From: Chitinophagales bacterium
GTDB lineage: Bacteria > Bacteroidota > Bacteroidia > Chitinophagales > JADIYW01
DNA: 41,147 nucleotides
Direction: 5' to 3'
NCBI GenBank assembly: GCA_020848255.1
Contig: JADLAJ010000074.1
Location: 1-41,147 of the forward strand
Position 1 is the first letter of the stretch. Each line of letters opens with the position of its first letter. The position numbers and the translations under genes are program-made. The notes beneath the pieces were generated by a model. That model saw nothing but the letters and a program-made list of their open reading frames with translations, ran no database searches and was not told the origin of the DNA. Of the stretch, positions 9,049 to 19,278 are shown in pieces.

Positions 9049-10752
9049 TTATGATTTTAATGCCAGAATAAAGCCTAGTACTAATAATGGTGTAAACACA
9101 AACCATTGTAATCCTGCCGCTGCAAGAATAGAACCTCCTATAATACAGCATCCTCCGAAAATAGTATTTTGAATTCCGTGTCCGATAGGCTTTTTCTTTT
9201 CTACCAGTTCATTTTCAAAGCGTTTAAAAGCTTCAGATAAAACCAGTGGTGATCGGGTGATAATGTCCATAAACTCCGGTGCACTTTGTAATTGTGTTTT
9301 TAATAAATCTATCGGATTGACTTCACCCAGCAGCATTTTTCGGATATGTTTCTTACTCACTTTTTGAATATCAAACCCGGGCATAATTACATTGCCTACA
9401 CCTTCATAGGTAATAATTGCTTTAACCATCAAAACGAGTTCTAATGGATAATACATGCGATATTTTGAACCCAAAGCAACAGATTCCAGAATTAGTTTAG
9501 CTAATGAAAAGTCCTTAAAATTTGGTGCTTTGAGCCATTTATTTCCAACAGAGATGAATTCTCTTCTAAATCCTTCTACATCTGTTCCTTTGCCTTTTCG
9601 TGCAAGCAGTGTCAGGTAACGAGCTGCTCCAGCAGGATCACCGGTTACCAAACTATTGAAATAATAAAGCATGGTTTTACGTGTGTTTTCTTCAAAACGT
9701 CCTACCATACCAAGGTCAATAAATCCAACCTGCGGACCATTGGGGCCATCCATAATCATCAAGTTGCCGGGATGTAAATCTGCATGGAAAAATCCATCGT
9801 GATACAACATCTGGATAATGGCATAAGCGCCGTAGTCAACAATTTTTCCTCGGTCTTCTTCGTTGTAACGTTCGTATGCTCTGGCATCGGGTTTTATTCC
9901 CCGGATAAACTGCATGCATATCAAATCGCTGGTAGAATATTCTCTGTATATTTTTGGAAAGTGAATTTCCGGGTGTTTAATAAAGTTAATAGCAAATTCC
10001 TCTGCATTATCTGCCTCTAAACGGAAGTCAACTTCTCTGTTAGTATAATCACAGAACTCGGTAAACATATTTTTGGGTTGCAATTGAGGAATAAATAATT
10101 CCAGAAAACTACCCATTACTTTTATGATTCTGCTGTCTGTTTGTATCAGTTCCCGTGTGCCGGGTTTAATTAATTTCAACACTACTTCTTCACCGGTTCT
10201 TAAGGTGGCACGATGTGTTTGCGCAATAGAGGCGGAGCCCAGCGGATTTTGTTTGACTTCGGTAAAAACTCGATGAATGGGCTGACCAATTTGTTCTTCC
10301 ACTAATTCGGCAAAACGGTCGTAGCTGATGGCCGGTAAAGTATCTAATAATTTTTTAAGTTCATCCGTAATGTCTTTTGGCAACATATCTTCCCGTAAAC
10401 TCATAATCTGCCCTAATTTGATATAGGTCGCACCCAGCATCTCCAAACGTCGTCTAAGCTGAACGGCAAAAGGCTGTTTAATCAATTTCTTTTTCAACAA
10501 GGGCCAGTGCAGCCATAAAAACAGACGAAGAAAGATGTCTTTTGAAATGCTGAATTTTGCTTTGGTAGCCCGTCGGTGTCGAAGATATGCATAACCCCCG
10601 CCTAAAAGCAACCCGGTAAGATGTCTGTTCGTGATTAAAAAACGAACAAATAAAGAACTTGGTTTGCGTTCAATATATTGTTCAAATACTCTGCTGGCAT
10701 CCTGATCCTGGGGATGTAAGTCTGCATTTTCTTCTGTTTCCGTTGCTTCCAT
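9049..10752 (-). CDS. ABC1/UbiB (AarF) atypical kinase family protein
   Basis: 567 aa. Has LGATYIKLGQIMSLREDMLP, an ASIAQTH...VLKLIKPG kinase-like N-lobe, HADLHPGNLMI and IDLGMVG catalytic/DFG-like motifs, and C-terminal TM helices. Confidence 0.85.
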   Translation of the reverse strand: MEATETEENADLHPQDQDASRVFEQYIERKPSSLFVRFLITNRHLTGLLLGGGYAYLRHRRATKAKFSISKDIFLRLFLWLHWPLLKKKLIKQPFAVQLRRRLEMLGATYIKLGQIMSLREDMLPKDITDELKKLLDTLPAISYDRFAELVEEQIGQPIHRVFTEVKQNPLGSASIAQTHRATLRTGEEVVLKLIKPGTRELIQTDSRIIKVMGSFLELFIPQLQPKNMFTEFCDYTNREVDFRLEADNAEEFAINFIKHPEIHFPKIYREYSTSDLICMQFIRGIKPDARAYERYNEEDRGKIVDYGAYAIIQMLYHDGFFHADLHPGNLMIMDGPNGPQVGFIDLGMVGRFEENTRKTMLYYFNSLVTGDPAGAARYLTLLARKGKGTDVEGFRREFISVGNKWLKAPNFKDFSLAKLILESVALGSKYRMYYPLELVLMVKAIITYEGVGNVIMPGFDIQKVSKKHIRKMLLGEVNPIDLLKTQLQSAPEFMDIITRSPLVLSEAFKRFENELVEKKKPIGHGIQNTIFGGCCIIGGSILAAAGLQWFVFTPLLVLGFILALKS

Positions 10753-10818
10753 AGTTTGAGAAAAAATAATTTTGTAATATACTACATAGCTGTAATTTCT
10801 CCAATCTTTTTAAGAAAA

Positions 10819-10857
10819 TAAAAAAGCCCCGCTGTTTTATTGCGGGGCTTTTTTTAT
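10819..10857 (-). terminator. Strong rho-independent terminator closing the T9SS operon (sequence is bidirectional)
   Basis: GC stem gccccgc (10826-10832) / gcggggc (10842-10848), flanked by an A-run on one side and a T-run on the other. It lies 15 nt past the PorP/SprF-like stop codon. Confidence 0.85.
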
Positions 10858-10871
10858 GTCGGTTGGAAGAA

Positions 10872-12599
10872 TTAAGGTTTCTCAATTCTGATTCCAACGA
10901 TTTCTACTTTACGCTGCTTAGAAGCCGCAATACCAAATTCAGATTTAGATCTGTCTTTACCGCTGTCGCTTATTTCTTTTGGTGACATTGTTTCACCAAA
11001 CGGAATTGCTAATGCAGATTTAGCTAGTATCTTGAAGTTATCACCTAAACGGGCATCAAAGAATTTGATAATACTGCTGATACGACGTTCAGATAATTTT
11101 TTATTGTATGCTTCTGTAGCTAAAGGAGAAGTATATCCTCTGAATTCCAGCGTAATTACATAGCCACTGTCTACCAGACTTGATAATTCTCTGGCAACAT
11201 CATCTACTCGGGAATAGTTTTTATCTATTTGAGAGAAGAATGAACCTACTTCAGTATTTCCATCTACAGATTTTGAAGTAAATACAGGTTGTCTTGTTTT
11301 GTATGAGGTATATAAGTCAGCGTAATTAGCATCACTGCTTTCTTTCGGCATATCATTATCGAAGTATAATTCGATAGGTAACATTGACATGATTTTCTCC
11401 GTAGTGTTTTTAATTACAATAGTCGGATTATCTGTTTTTAATACTACCGGTTTCAATACTAATTCAATAGAATCAATATATTGATGAGGTACCGTATCTG
11501 CCGGAATAATCTGATTAAGTACTGTGTCCACTAAGTTGTTTGTTGAATCTTCGTATCTGATACGAACTTTGGTTTCTACATTAGCAGGAACATAAACAGG
11601 ACACTTAGGACATTTCTTGGTTTTTACTTCGCCAAACTCGTAGTTTAATGCCAATTCAAATGCACCCTGAGATTTTGTTGCTTTTCTGATACCGGACACA
11701 TTGAAATCATACGCAGCACCTATACGTAATGTTTTGTATAAAAATGACAAGTATGCAATTGCCGCATCGTTACCAATAGCTCTGTAACCTGCTCCGAATC
11801 CTACTCCGAAATCTTTTTTCTCACTGAATCGAACTTCAGCTATTGCATTTACCAATACTTGATTAGCTTTTTTCTGATTTTGGAAGAAAACCCCCGGCTG
11901 AACATTCCAGTTGTCTTTTATTGCAACTTTTGCTTTTGCATATGCTGAGTGTCTTGCTGGTAATTTAGAAGAAGTAAAGAACAGAAAGTTCTGATTTGGC
12001 TGATGAAGATTAGAGGTAGAACCACCAATATCCAGTGTGCTTTTTTCCTTAATCTTGGTTCTGAAGTTTAATCCCAGCGTAAAATTAGGATAAGAAACAT
12101 TGTTGTTGGAGAATGTCTCACCGTTTGGTAAATTCGGGTCAAATGAAGAACCATTGTATTGATTGTCAAACTGCAAGCCTAACGCATCTAATGATTTTAC
12201 CGTGATACCTGCTGTAATACCTAAGGTTAGTAACTGTTTGTCACTGTTAAAGTATTTACCAAAGTTCATGGTTAGATTCGGATTGAAAATACTTAAGTTT
12301 CCGTCACCTGCTTTGTCGTACAGAAAGCTTACGCCACCGCCCAATAACCATCCTTTCGGGAATTTTTTAAGTACCCGGTCATAAGATGCCGTGGTGGTAG
12401 AGTAGGGAACCGGCAAGGTACGCCATTGGTCTCTGTATAGCCCCGCCAAACGATTGGCTTTTCCGTATTCTGTAACGCCCGCCAGTGCAGGGTTCAAATA
12501 AAGAGGGTTGTATTGTATTTGACTAAAATGCGGATCCTGAGCTAACGCAAATTTAGCTGCTGATACTACTAATAAGCCTAAAATTAAATACCTTTTCAT
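10872..12599 (-). CDS. PorP/SprF-family T9SS membrane protein fused to a C-terminal OmpA-like domain
   Basis: Signal peptide, then QDPHFSQIQYNPLYLNPALAG (the PorP/SprF signature start) and a beta-barrel-like region to about aa 325. A KCPKCP linker follows. The C-terminal ~170 aa have an OmpA_C-like pattern (LYFDNDMP ... ITLEFRGYTSPLATEAYNKKLSERRISSIIKFF ... RKVEI). Confidence 0.8.
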   Translation of the reverse strand: MKRYLILGLLVVSAAKFALAQDPHFSQIQYNPLYLNPALAGVTEYGKANRLAGLYRDQWRTLPVPYSTTTASYDRVLKKFPKGWLLGGGVSFLYDKAGDGNLSIFNPNLTMNFGKYFNSDKQLLTLGITAGITVKSLDALGLQFDNQYNGSSFDPNLPNGETFSNNNVSYPNFTLGLNFRTKIKEKSTLDIGGSTSNLHQPNQNFLFFTSSKLPARHSAYAKAKVAIKDNWNVQPGVFFQNQKKANQVLVNAIAEVRFSEKKDFGVGFGAGYRAIGNDAAIAYLSFLYKTLRIGAAYDFNVSGIRKATKSQGAFELALNYEFGEVKTKKCPKCPVYVPANVETKVRIRYEDSTNNLVDTVLNQIIPADTVPHQYIDSIELVLKPVVLKTDNPTIVIKNTTEKIMSMLPIELYFDNDMPKESSDANYADLYTSYKTRQPVFTSKSVDGNTEVGSFFSQIDKNYSRVDDVARELSSLVDSGYVITLEFRGYTSPLATEAYNKKLSERRISSIIKFFDARLGDNFKILAKSALAIPFGETMSPKEISDSGKDRSKSEFGIAASKQRKVEIVGIRIEKP

Positions 12600-12633
12600 A
12601 TGCGCTAATATAGTTTATTTTTTTAAATAATTT

Positions 12634-15600
12634 TTATCTCAACAAGGATACATTTCCTTTTATAGTGATTTTTTCTCCCTGTGAGCATTCGCCAACAAAA
12701 TAGTAACCGTAAGAATCCACCGTAGCTGGTTGGCCTTTGTAACTTCCGTCCCAGCCTACAGAAATGTCTGTGCTTTCAAATACCTGATTTCCCCATCTGT
12801 CAATTATAATTAATTTCATTGATTTTAAGATAATAGATGTGCGAGGAATAAATAAATCATTAACTCCATCTCCATTTGGTGTAAATGCATTTGGGATAAA
12901 AATATTTTCTTTGCTACATGTTACTTCGTTTAATTCTACGAATACCGAGTCTGTAAAGCTGCAGCTGGTTTGTCTGTTTGTTGCTGTAACATAAAACCAT
13001 GTAGACTGCGATAAAACAGCTGTTGGGTTTTGTAAAGCAGGATTGCTTACTATATCAGCAGGTGTCCAGTTGTAATTTAAAGCTTCGCTTGTTAATACAC
13101 CTAATTGTACTTGTTGTCCGATATTAACAATAGGCTGATCAGCCGTTGCGTCAATGGAAGGTAAGTCGTTGACAATTAAATTGAGAAGAACAGTAGAATC
13201 ACATCCTGTAGTGTTTTGCAATACTATGGTGTATTCCCCTGTTTCTGTAAATGTTTCATTTCCTACAATGAAGTTTTCACCACTGCAAATATTTTTTGTT
13301 ACACTAGTTGTAGAAATACTGTTTACAGTCAGGTTTAAATTTACGGTAGAATCGCATCCATTACTGTTTTCCAAAACAACCTGATAAATACCACTTATTT
13401 TAAAAGTTTGATTACCTATGGTTACAGAATCACCTTCACATAGGATTTTATTTAGATTTGTAGCCGTATTCTCATCGACAACTAAGCTTAGATTTACAAT
13501 GGAATCGCAGCCGGATGACGCTTCTAATATATTAGTATAATTTCCAGTTTTTGTATAAACACTATCACCAACGGAATAGGCATCACCCTGGCATAACTTA
13601 AAGCTGATATTGTTGGTTACAGGTTCACTGACTGTTAAATCTAAATTTACGATAGAGTCGCAACTTTCTGATGTTTGAAGATTAACAGTGTATTGTCCGC
13701 TTTCACTAAATACCTGACTTCCTACTGAAATAGACTGACCTCTGCAAATTGATTCTTTTAATTCTGTTAGTTTAATCGGATTTACTTGTAAATCTAAATT
13801 TACAACAGAATCGCAGCCAAATTGAGTTTGCAAGGTTACTGCATAATTTCCGGATTCCGTGAATTCTTCGTTACCTACTGTAAAGCTTTCCCCTTGACAA
13901 ATAATTCTGAATATATTTGTTCTGGTACTCGGGTTAACTTTTAAATCTAAGTTGACTATCGAATCACAGCCACGTGATGTTTGTAATACAACCGAAAATA
14001 AGCCAGGTGTAGAGAATGACTGGTTTCCTACCGTATAACTTTCACCTTCACATATAGTCTGGTTTATATTAACCGTTTGTGTAGGTTTAATTCTTAAATC
14101 TAGAATTATAGTACTGTCACAACCAAATGTAGATTTCAATTTAACCGTGTATAAGCCTTCAAATCTGAATACTTCGTTGCCTATTTTAATCGAATCACCA
14201 TCGCATATAGTTGTTACAAATGTATTTACAGTTGTATCTAAAACAGTTAAATTTAGATTGATTATTGAGTCACAACCTTTAGAAGTTTGCAGAACAACTG
14301 AGTAATTACCACCGGATTTGAAAACTTCATTTCCAATTTTTACAGAATCGCCTAAGCAAATTACCTGAGGAAAATTTATAGTTTTTGTAGGATTGATAAA
14401 CAAGTTTAAAGTTACTGTTGAATCGCAGTTTTTAGAACTCAATAATGATACTACAAATGTACCGGTAGTCGAGAATACCTGAGTGCCAACAATAATGCTG
14501 TCACCCTGACAAATGGTATCTGTTATAATAGTTGCTTTCTTCGGATTTACGGTTAGGTTCAGGTTAACGGTAGAATCGCAAAATAAAGATGTTTTTAAAA
14601 CAACGGAATAGTTACCTGTAGCAGTAAATACCTGATTGCCTATAGTTACACTCTCACCTTCGCAGATGGCTCTTGTAAGGTTGGTAGTTTTAACTGGATT
14701 TACGGTTAAATTTAGAGTTACAACCGAATCACACAATTGAGAAGTTTGAAGTGTTACTGTAAAGCTGCCTGTGGCATTAAATGTTTGATTCCCTACAGTT
14801 ACGGATTCACCCTGACAAATTGTTCTGTTAACGGTAGTTTGTTTTTTAGGATTAACCAATAAGTTTAACGTAACGGTAGAATCACAAAATTGAGATGTTT
14901 GTAATGGAATGGTAAAGCTGCCTGTAGTGTTAAATGTTTGATTTCCTACAGTTACAGATTCACCCTGGCAGATTGTTCTGTTTAGTGTGGTTTGTTTTTT
15001 TGGATTAACGGTAAGCTGTAAATTTACTATGGAATCACAACCAGCTAAGGAGCGTAATGTATCAGTGAAATTTCCTGTTTGATTGTAGGTGCTGTTTCCT
15101 ACTGTAACAGATTCGCCCTGACAAATTACACGGGTTATATTATTTATTATTCTTGATGTAACTGTCAGGTTGAGATTGACTGTAGAATCGCAATTAGCAG
15201 ATGTTTTTAATACAACCGTGTAGTTTCCGCTGGAAGAGAATACTTGATTTCCCACAGTAACGGACTGTCCCTGACAAATATTTCTTGTTATGTTTGTTGT
15301 TTTAACAGGATTTACGGTTAAGTTTAATGTAACTGTAGAGTCACAAAGTTTAGAGGTTTTTAAAGTGACCGTGTATGAGCCTGAGGTATTGAATGTTTGA
15401 TTACCCACTGTTACAGATTCACCCTGACAGACGACTCTGGTTAACGTAGTTGTCTTAGTCGGGTTTACTGTAAGATTTAACGTTACAATGGAGTCACATG
15501 TTTGAGTAGTGGTCAACCGAATTGTAAATACACCATTCGTATTGAAAGTTTGAGTACCAACCGTTACAGATTCACCCTGGCAGATTGTTCTGAATAGATT

Positions 15601-18600
15601 TGTAGTTTTTGTTGGATTTACGGTTAAATTAAGATTTACCACTGAGTCGCAACCTGCTCCGGATCTCAGCGTATCTGAATAATTTCCTGTTTGTGTGTAA
15701 TTTTTAGTTCCAACCGTAAAAGATTGACCCTCACAAATACTTCTGGATATATTATTTATTATTCTTGCTGTTACAGTTAAATTTAAATTTACAACAGAAT
15801 CACATAATTGTGAAGATTGTAATGTGACAGAAAAATTACCTGATGTAGAGAAAGTCTGATTTCCGATTGTAAATGATTGACCCTGGCAAATACTTCTAAC
15901 AAGGTTAGTTGTTTTGACAGGATTAACGGTTAAGTTTAAAGTAACTACGGAATCGCATCGTTCGCTGGTTTGTAAAGTCACAACAAAAGTTCCGTTTGTA
16001 TTAAACGTTTGTGTTCCAACAGTAACCGATTGTCCCTGGCATATGCTTCTGGTTATTTGCGTTGTTTTTGTCGGGTTAACTGTTAAATTTAAGGTTACTA
16101 TAGAGTCACACAACTTAGAGGTTAATAAGTTAACAACAAAGGTTCCGTTTGTATTAAACGTTTGCGTCCCAACAGTAACCGATTGTCCCTGACAAATGGT
16201 TCGGTTAACCGTATTGGTTTTTGTTGGATTAACCACCAGATTTAAAGTAACCACTGAATCACAAAAATTCGATGTTTGTAAAGTTACTGTAAATGTTCCT
16301 GGTGTATTAAAAGTTTGAGAACCCACCGTAACACTTTGACCTTGACAAATTTCTCTGTTTAAAGTGGTTGTCTTTTTTGGATTAACCGTGAGGTTTAAAT
16401 TTACCGTAGAGTCGCAACCCTGAGAAGACTGTAATACAACCACGAAATTTCCAGTATTTGAGAATGTTTGATTTCCTACCGTCACAGATTCACCCTGACA
16501 AATTACACGCACTAAATTTGTTGTTTTTTTAGGCAGTACATTTATAGTGGTTTTAAACGAATCTACAGGATTGCAATTTGTTGGGTCAAATACTTTTAAC
16601 GTGATGGTATAAGTGCCTGCTGTAAGATAAGTATGAGCAGGGGAATTTAAGATAGAGGAATCACCATCCCCAAAATACCATTTTACGGTAACAGGTGTAG
16701 TCGTAGTGGTATAAGAGAAATTTAATGTTTGTGGCGCGCATATAAGTGAAGGAACACCAATTAACCCGGTTATTTGCAAAGAGGGCAAATCGAATTTGAA
16801 TTTAAATCCGGCCATATTGCAATTGGAGGAATTATTAGTGTTACTGTATGCACCTGTAGTTGTTGGAAAGCCATCCGTTCCGCCACAACTCGCACAAACC
16901 GCTTCATATACAACGCCATTTTTATCAAATCTACTGGTACCTCCATCTACGTGGTCACCTTCTGTACCGGCACCTTGCTCTCCAAAGTAAGTTGCATATT
17001 TTAAGCTCGTTGCATTAGTACCTAAGTTGATCAGATAAAAATCTTTTCCATCAGTGTTAGACTTATATGCGTCTGTGGTGGTTGGCATGTTATTGGTATT
17101 TCCACCATTTGCGAAGTCATCAAAATTTATACCGCCACCCCAGCCTACGGCATACACATTACTGCAAATATCAACTAATAATGCAGTAGGTGATATGTTT
17201 ACATACTGGTAATTGGTCGTACCGAATACTGTAGAATATCCTGTTGCATTCAGATTATTATTCAATCTATGTATAAACTGCTTTCCTCCGGTATTGCTGT
17301 AAGTTCCAGCCGTTACCGGATATGTACCAAGTGTTTGACCAAAAATATACACGTTATCGTTTTTGTCCAAATCCATTATATATGACTCATCAAATGATGA
17401 TGTTCCTAAGTAGGTGGCAGCAGTTACTGTTGTTGCAGTTGGATTTAATTTCGCAACATATCCATCCGCAGAACCACCGATGAATGCTGTGTTTAAGCCG
17501 GCTGTACGGCCTGGTAAATTGTTACTCAGCGTACCACCACACACAAATATGTTATTAGCGGCATCTAAAGACAAACTGTAAGCTGCGTCAGCACCAGAAC
17601 CACCGTAATAAGTAGACCAGTTTAATGCAGATAAATTTGAATTAAATTGTGCGACAACACCATCAGATGAACCGGAATTTGTTGGTTGTGCTTTTCCTGT
17701 GGTTCCCGGAATATTGGTGGATGTTGTGGTTGAAACAATATAAATGTTTCCAGAATTATCAACGGCAATATCACCACGGGAATCGTCACCATAATTATTT
17801 ACCAAAGTAGCGTTTAAGCTTAATCCATCTGTTCCCGATCCACCAAAAAATGTAGAGCCGATTAATGCAGAGCCAGCAGCGTTTAGTTTTGTAACTGCAA
17901 TATCCGAACCATTTGGAAATGATATACTTGCCAATAGTGCAGATGTACTGGTGCCGCCATTATGTGTTTTGTCATATCCGCTGGCAGATGTTGGGAAATT
18001 GGTAGAGCTGGTTGTTGAAAGTATAATTAATTCATTTTGTTGGGTACAATACAAACTCTGCAATAACTCATTTGAACTACCACCCAGATAGGTGGAATAA
18101 ATTCTGGTACTTCCGGTGCTGTTGAATTTTGTTATGACAACATCTGTTAAGTTGGATCCGGAACCTCCACCAAAAGCAGTTTGAAATGCACCTACTGTAC
18201 TTGGATATCCAGATGCTAATGCAATACCACCTAAGAACATATTGCCTTGTGCATCATTCGTTGAAGAGGAACCCCAGTTGTCTGCATTACTTCCTGAATA
18301 TGTGGAGAATATAAGAGATGGGTCAATTATCAAATCATATTCTTTATTATACTTTGTAATATTAAATGTTAATACATTGTTCTTAAGTGAATAGCTACAG
18401 GCAACTTCTTTTTCTTGATTATTAATTATTTGATATGAATATGGTTTTAATTCATAAACAGTGTTTATAGATGTTGTTATTTTTAACCTTCCATCGCTTA
18501 GTACTGCTATATCGTCAACACCGTCATATTTAAATTGTATATCCGTTACTTTTCCGTTTTTATGAACAATATAATCACTTTTAAAATTTTGGTCTTCACT

Positions 18601-19092
18601 GTAAATTTTAAAATCGATATTATCGTAAACGTTCTTGTATTTTAATACTTTGCATACCGGCACGTTCGATTTCCATTTAGATACATCACTTCCGATAAAG
18701 TAATTATTGTAGTAACTCTGTATTTTTTCCTGTTCGATTACAGGATTTATATTGGCGTTTAACCATTTTACTTTATAAGCATGTCCTTTAATAATTTTTT
18801 CATTGTTTTCTAAGTAATCAGGATTCGTTACTTTAGTATTGTTTACATCCAGATATTTAGGCTGCTTTTCGCCGTGCGCTTTATCGTGTAAACTTTCCTG
18901 AAATAAATAAGTAAGTGTATTGTTTTCCAGAAATAACCATCCGCCGTGTAAGTCAGCTTTGTATTTTACCGGTGATTCCCACTGTCCTGCATTCTGTACA
19001 AATTCAAGATTATTATTTTCATTTGATCTTGAATAGGAAAGAAAACTATTGCTTAAGAATAACAAAATTGCAAAAAATGTAAATTTATTCAT
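12634..19092 (-). CDS. Giant T9SS cargo/adhesin (2152 aa): SBBP-type beta-propeller repeats + PKD + 22 x 51-aa Cys-pair repeats + gliding-motility/CHU_C (type-B) C-terminal domain
   Basis: Signal peptide. SBBP-like motifs (YSTYLGGSSNE, GSTFFGGSGTDG, WSTYYGGSGADAAYS). PKD motif WYFGDGDSS...HTY..GTYT. C-terminal IPNAFTPNGDGVNDLF...DRWGNQVFE...GWDGSYKGQPA...YGYYF is the CHU_C/TIGR04131-type sorting domain. Confidence 0.9.
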   Translation of the reverse strand: MNKFTFFAILLFLSNSFLSYSRSNENNNLEFVQNAGQWESPVKYKADLHGGWLFLENNTLTYLFQESLHDKAHGEKQPKYLDVNNTKVTNPDYLENNEKIIKGHAYKVKWLNANINPVIEQEKIQSYYNNYFIGSDVSKWKSNVPVCKVLKYKNVYDNIDFKIYSEDQNFKSDYIVHKNGKVTDIQFKYDGVDDIAVLSDGRLKITTSINTVYELKPYSYQIINNQEKEVACSYSLKNNVLTFNITKYNKEYDLIIDPSLIFSTYSGSNADNWGSSSTNDAQGNMFLGGIALASGYPSTVGAFQTAFGGGSGSNLTDVVITKFNSTGSTRIYSTYLGGSSNELLQSLYCTQQNELIILSTTSSTNFPTSASGYDKTHNGGTSTSALLASISFPNGSDIAVTKLNAAGSALIGSTFFGGSGTDGLSLNATLVNNYGDDSRGDIAVDNSGNIYIVSTTTSTNIPGTTGKAQPTNSGSSDGVVAQFNSNLSALNWSTYYGGSGADAAYSLSLDAANNIFVCGGTLSNNLPGRTAGLNTAFIGGSADGYVAKLNPTATTVTAATYLGTSSFDESYIMDLDKNDNVYIFGQTLGTYPVTAGTYSNTGGKQFIHRLNNNLNATGYSTVFGTTNYQYVNISPTALLVDICSNVYAVGWGGGINFDDFANGGNTNNMPTTTDAYKSNTDGKDFYLINLGTNATSLKYATYFGEQGAGTEGDHVDGGTSRFDKNGVVYEAVCASCGGTDGFPTTTGAYSNTNNSSNCNMAGFKFKFDLPSLQITGLIGVPSLICAPQTLNFSYTTTTTPVTVKWYFGDGDSSILNSPAHTYLTAGTYTITLKVFDPTNCNPVDSFKTTINVLPKKTTNLVRVICQGESVTVGNQTFSNTGNFVVVLQSSQGCDSTVNLNLTVNPKKTTTLNREICQGQSVTVGSQTFNTPGTFTVTLQTSNFCDSVVTLNLVVNPTKTNTVNRTICQGQSVTVGTQTFNTNGTFVVNLLTSKLCDSIVTLNLTVNPTKTTQITRSICQGQSVTVGTQTFNTNGTFVVTLQTSERCDSVVTLNLTVNPVKTTNLVRSICQGQSFTIGNQTFSTSGNFSVTLQSSQLCDSVVNLNLTVTARIINNISRSICEGQSFTVGTKNYTQTGNYSDTLRSGAGCDSVVNLNLTVNPTKTTNLFRTICQGESVTVGTQTFNTNGVFTIRLTTTQTCDSIVTLNLTVNPTKTTTLTRVVCQGESVTVGNQTFNTSGSYTVTLKTSKLCDSTVTLNLTVNPVKTTNITRNICQGQSVTVGNQVFSSSGNYTVVLKTSANCDSTVNLNLTVTSRIINNITRVICQGESVTVGNSTYNQTGNFTDTLRSLAGCDSIVNLQLTVNPKKQTTLNRTICQGESVTVGNQTFNTTGSFTIPLQTSQFCDSTVTLNLLVNPKKQTTVNRTICQGESVTVGNQTFNATGSFTVTLQTSQLCDSVVTLNLTVNPVKTTNLTRAICEGESVTIGNQVFTATGNYSVVLKTSLFCDSTVNLNLTVNPKKATIITDTICQGDSIIVGTQVFSTTGTFVVSLLSSKNCDSTVTLNLFINPTKTINFPQVICLGDSVKIGNEVFKSGGNYSVVLQTSKGCDSIINLNLTVLDTTVNTFVTTICDGDSIKIGNEVFRFEGLYTVKLKSTFGCDSTIILDLRIKPTQTVNINQTICEGESYTVGNQSFSTPGLFSVVLQTSRGCDSIVNLDLKVNPSTRTNIFRIICQGESFTVGNEEFTESGNYAVTLQTQFGCDSVVNLDLQVNPIKLTELKESICRGQSISVGSQVFSESGQYTVNLQTSESCDSIVNLDLTVSEPVTNNISFKLCQGDAYSVGDSVYTKTGNYTNILEASSGCDSIVNLSLVVDENTATNLNKILCEGDSVTIGNQTFKISGIYQVVLENSNGCDSTVNLNLTVNSISTTSVTKNICSGENFIVGNETFTETGEYTIVLQNTTGCDSTVLLNLIVNDLPSIDATADQPIVNIGQQVQLGVLTSEALNYNWTPADIVSNPALQNPTAVLSQSTWFYVTATNRQTSCSFTDSVFVELNEVTCSKENIFIPNAFTPNGDGVNDLFIPRTSIILKSMKLIIIDRWGNQVFESTDISVGWDGSYKGQPATVDSYGYYFVGECSQGEKITIKGNVSLLR
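13159..16524 (-). repeat. 22 tandem 153-nt (51-aa) coding repeats
   Basis: I counted the units in the translation. Consensus is T.N..R.IC.G.S.TVGNQ.F...G.Y.V.L.....CDS.V.L.L.VNP.K. Adjacent units share about 50-nt stretches with 1-2 mismatches (for example around 15975-16025 and 16128-16178). Confidence 0.9.
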
Positions 19093-19224
19093 TGTTTATT
19101 GTTTTTTAATAGTTGTAAACGCTAAAGACGATTGTCGTTAACATTCAATAATTTTAAAAAAATACTAATAACTTGTAGGGAGATTATGGAAACTAGATTT
19201 TAAAAGTTTTATGGTATTTAAATG

Positions 19225-19232
19225 CAAATATA
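19225..19232 (-). promoter_or_regulatory. TAnnTTTG promoter-like motif upstream of the 2152-aa adhesin gene
   Basis: The minus strand reads tatatttg, about 130 nt upstream of the ATG at 19092. This is a motif match only. Confidence 0.25.
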
Positions 19233-19278
19233 GCAGTTTTGAACAGTATGTTAAAATTTTACAGAAAAAAATCTAAAT

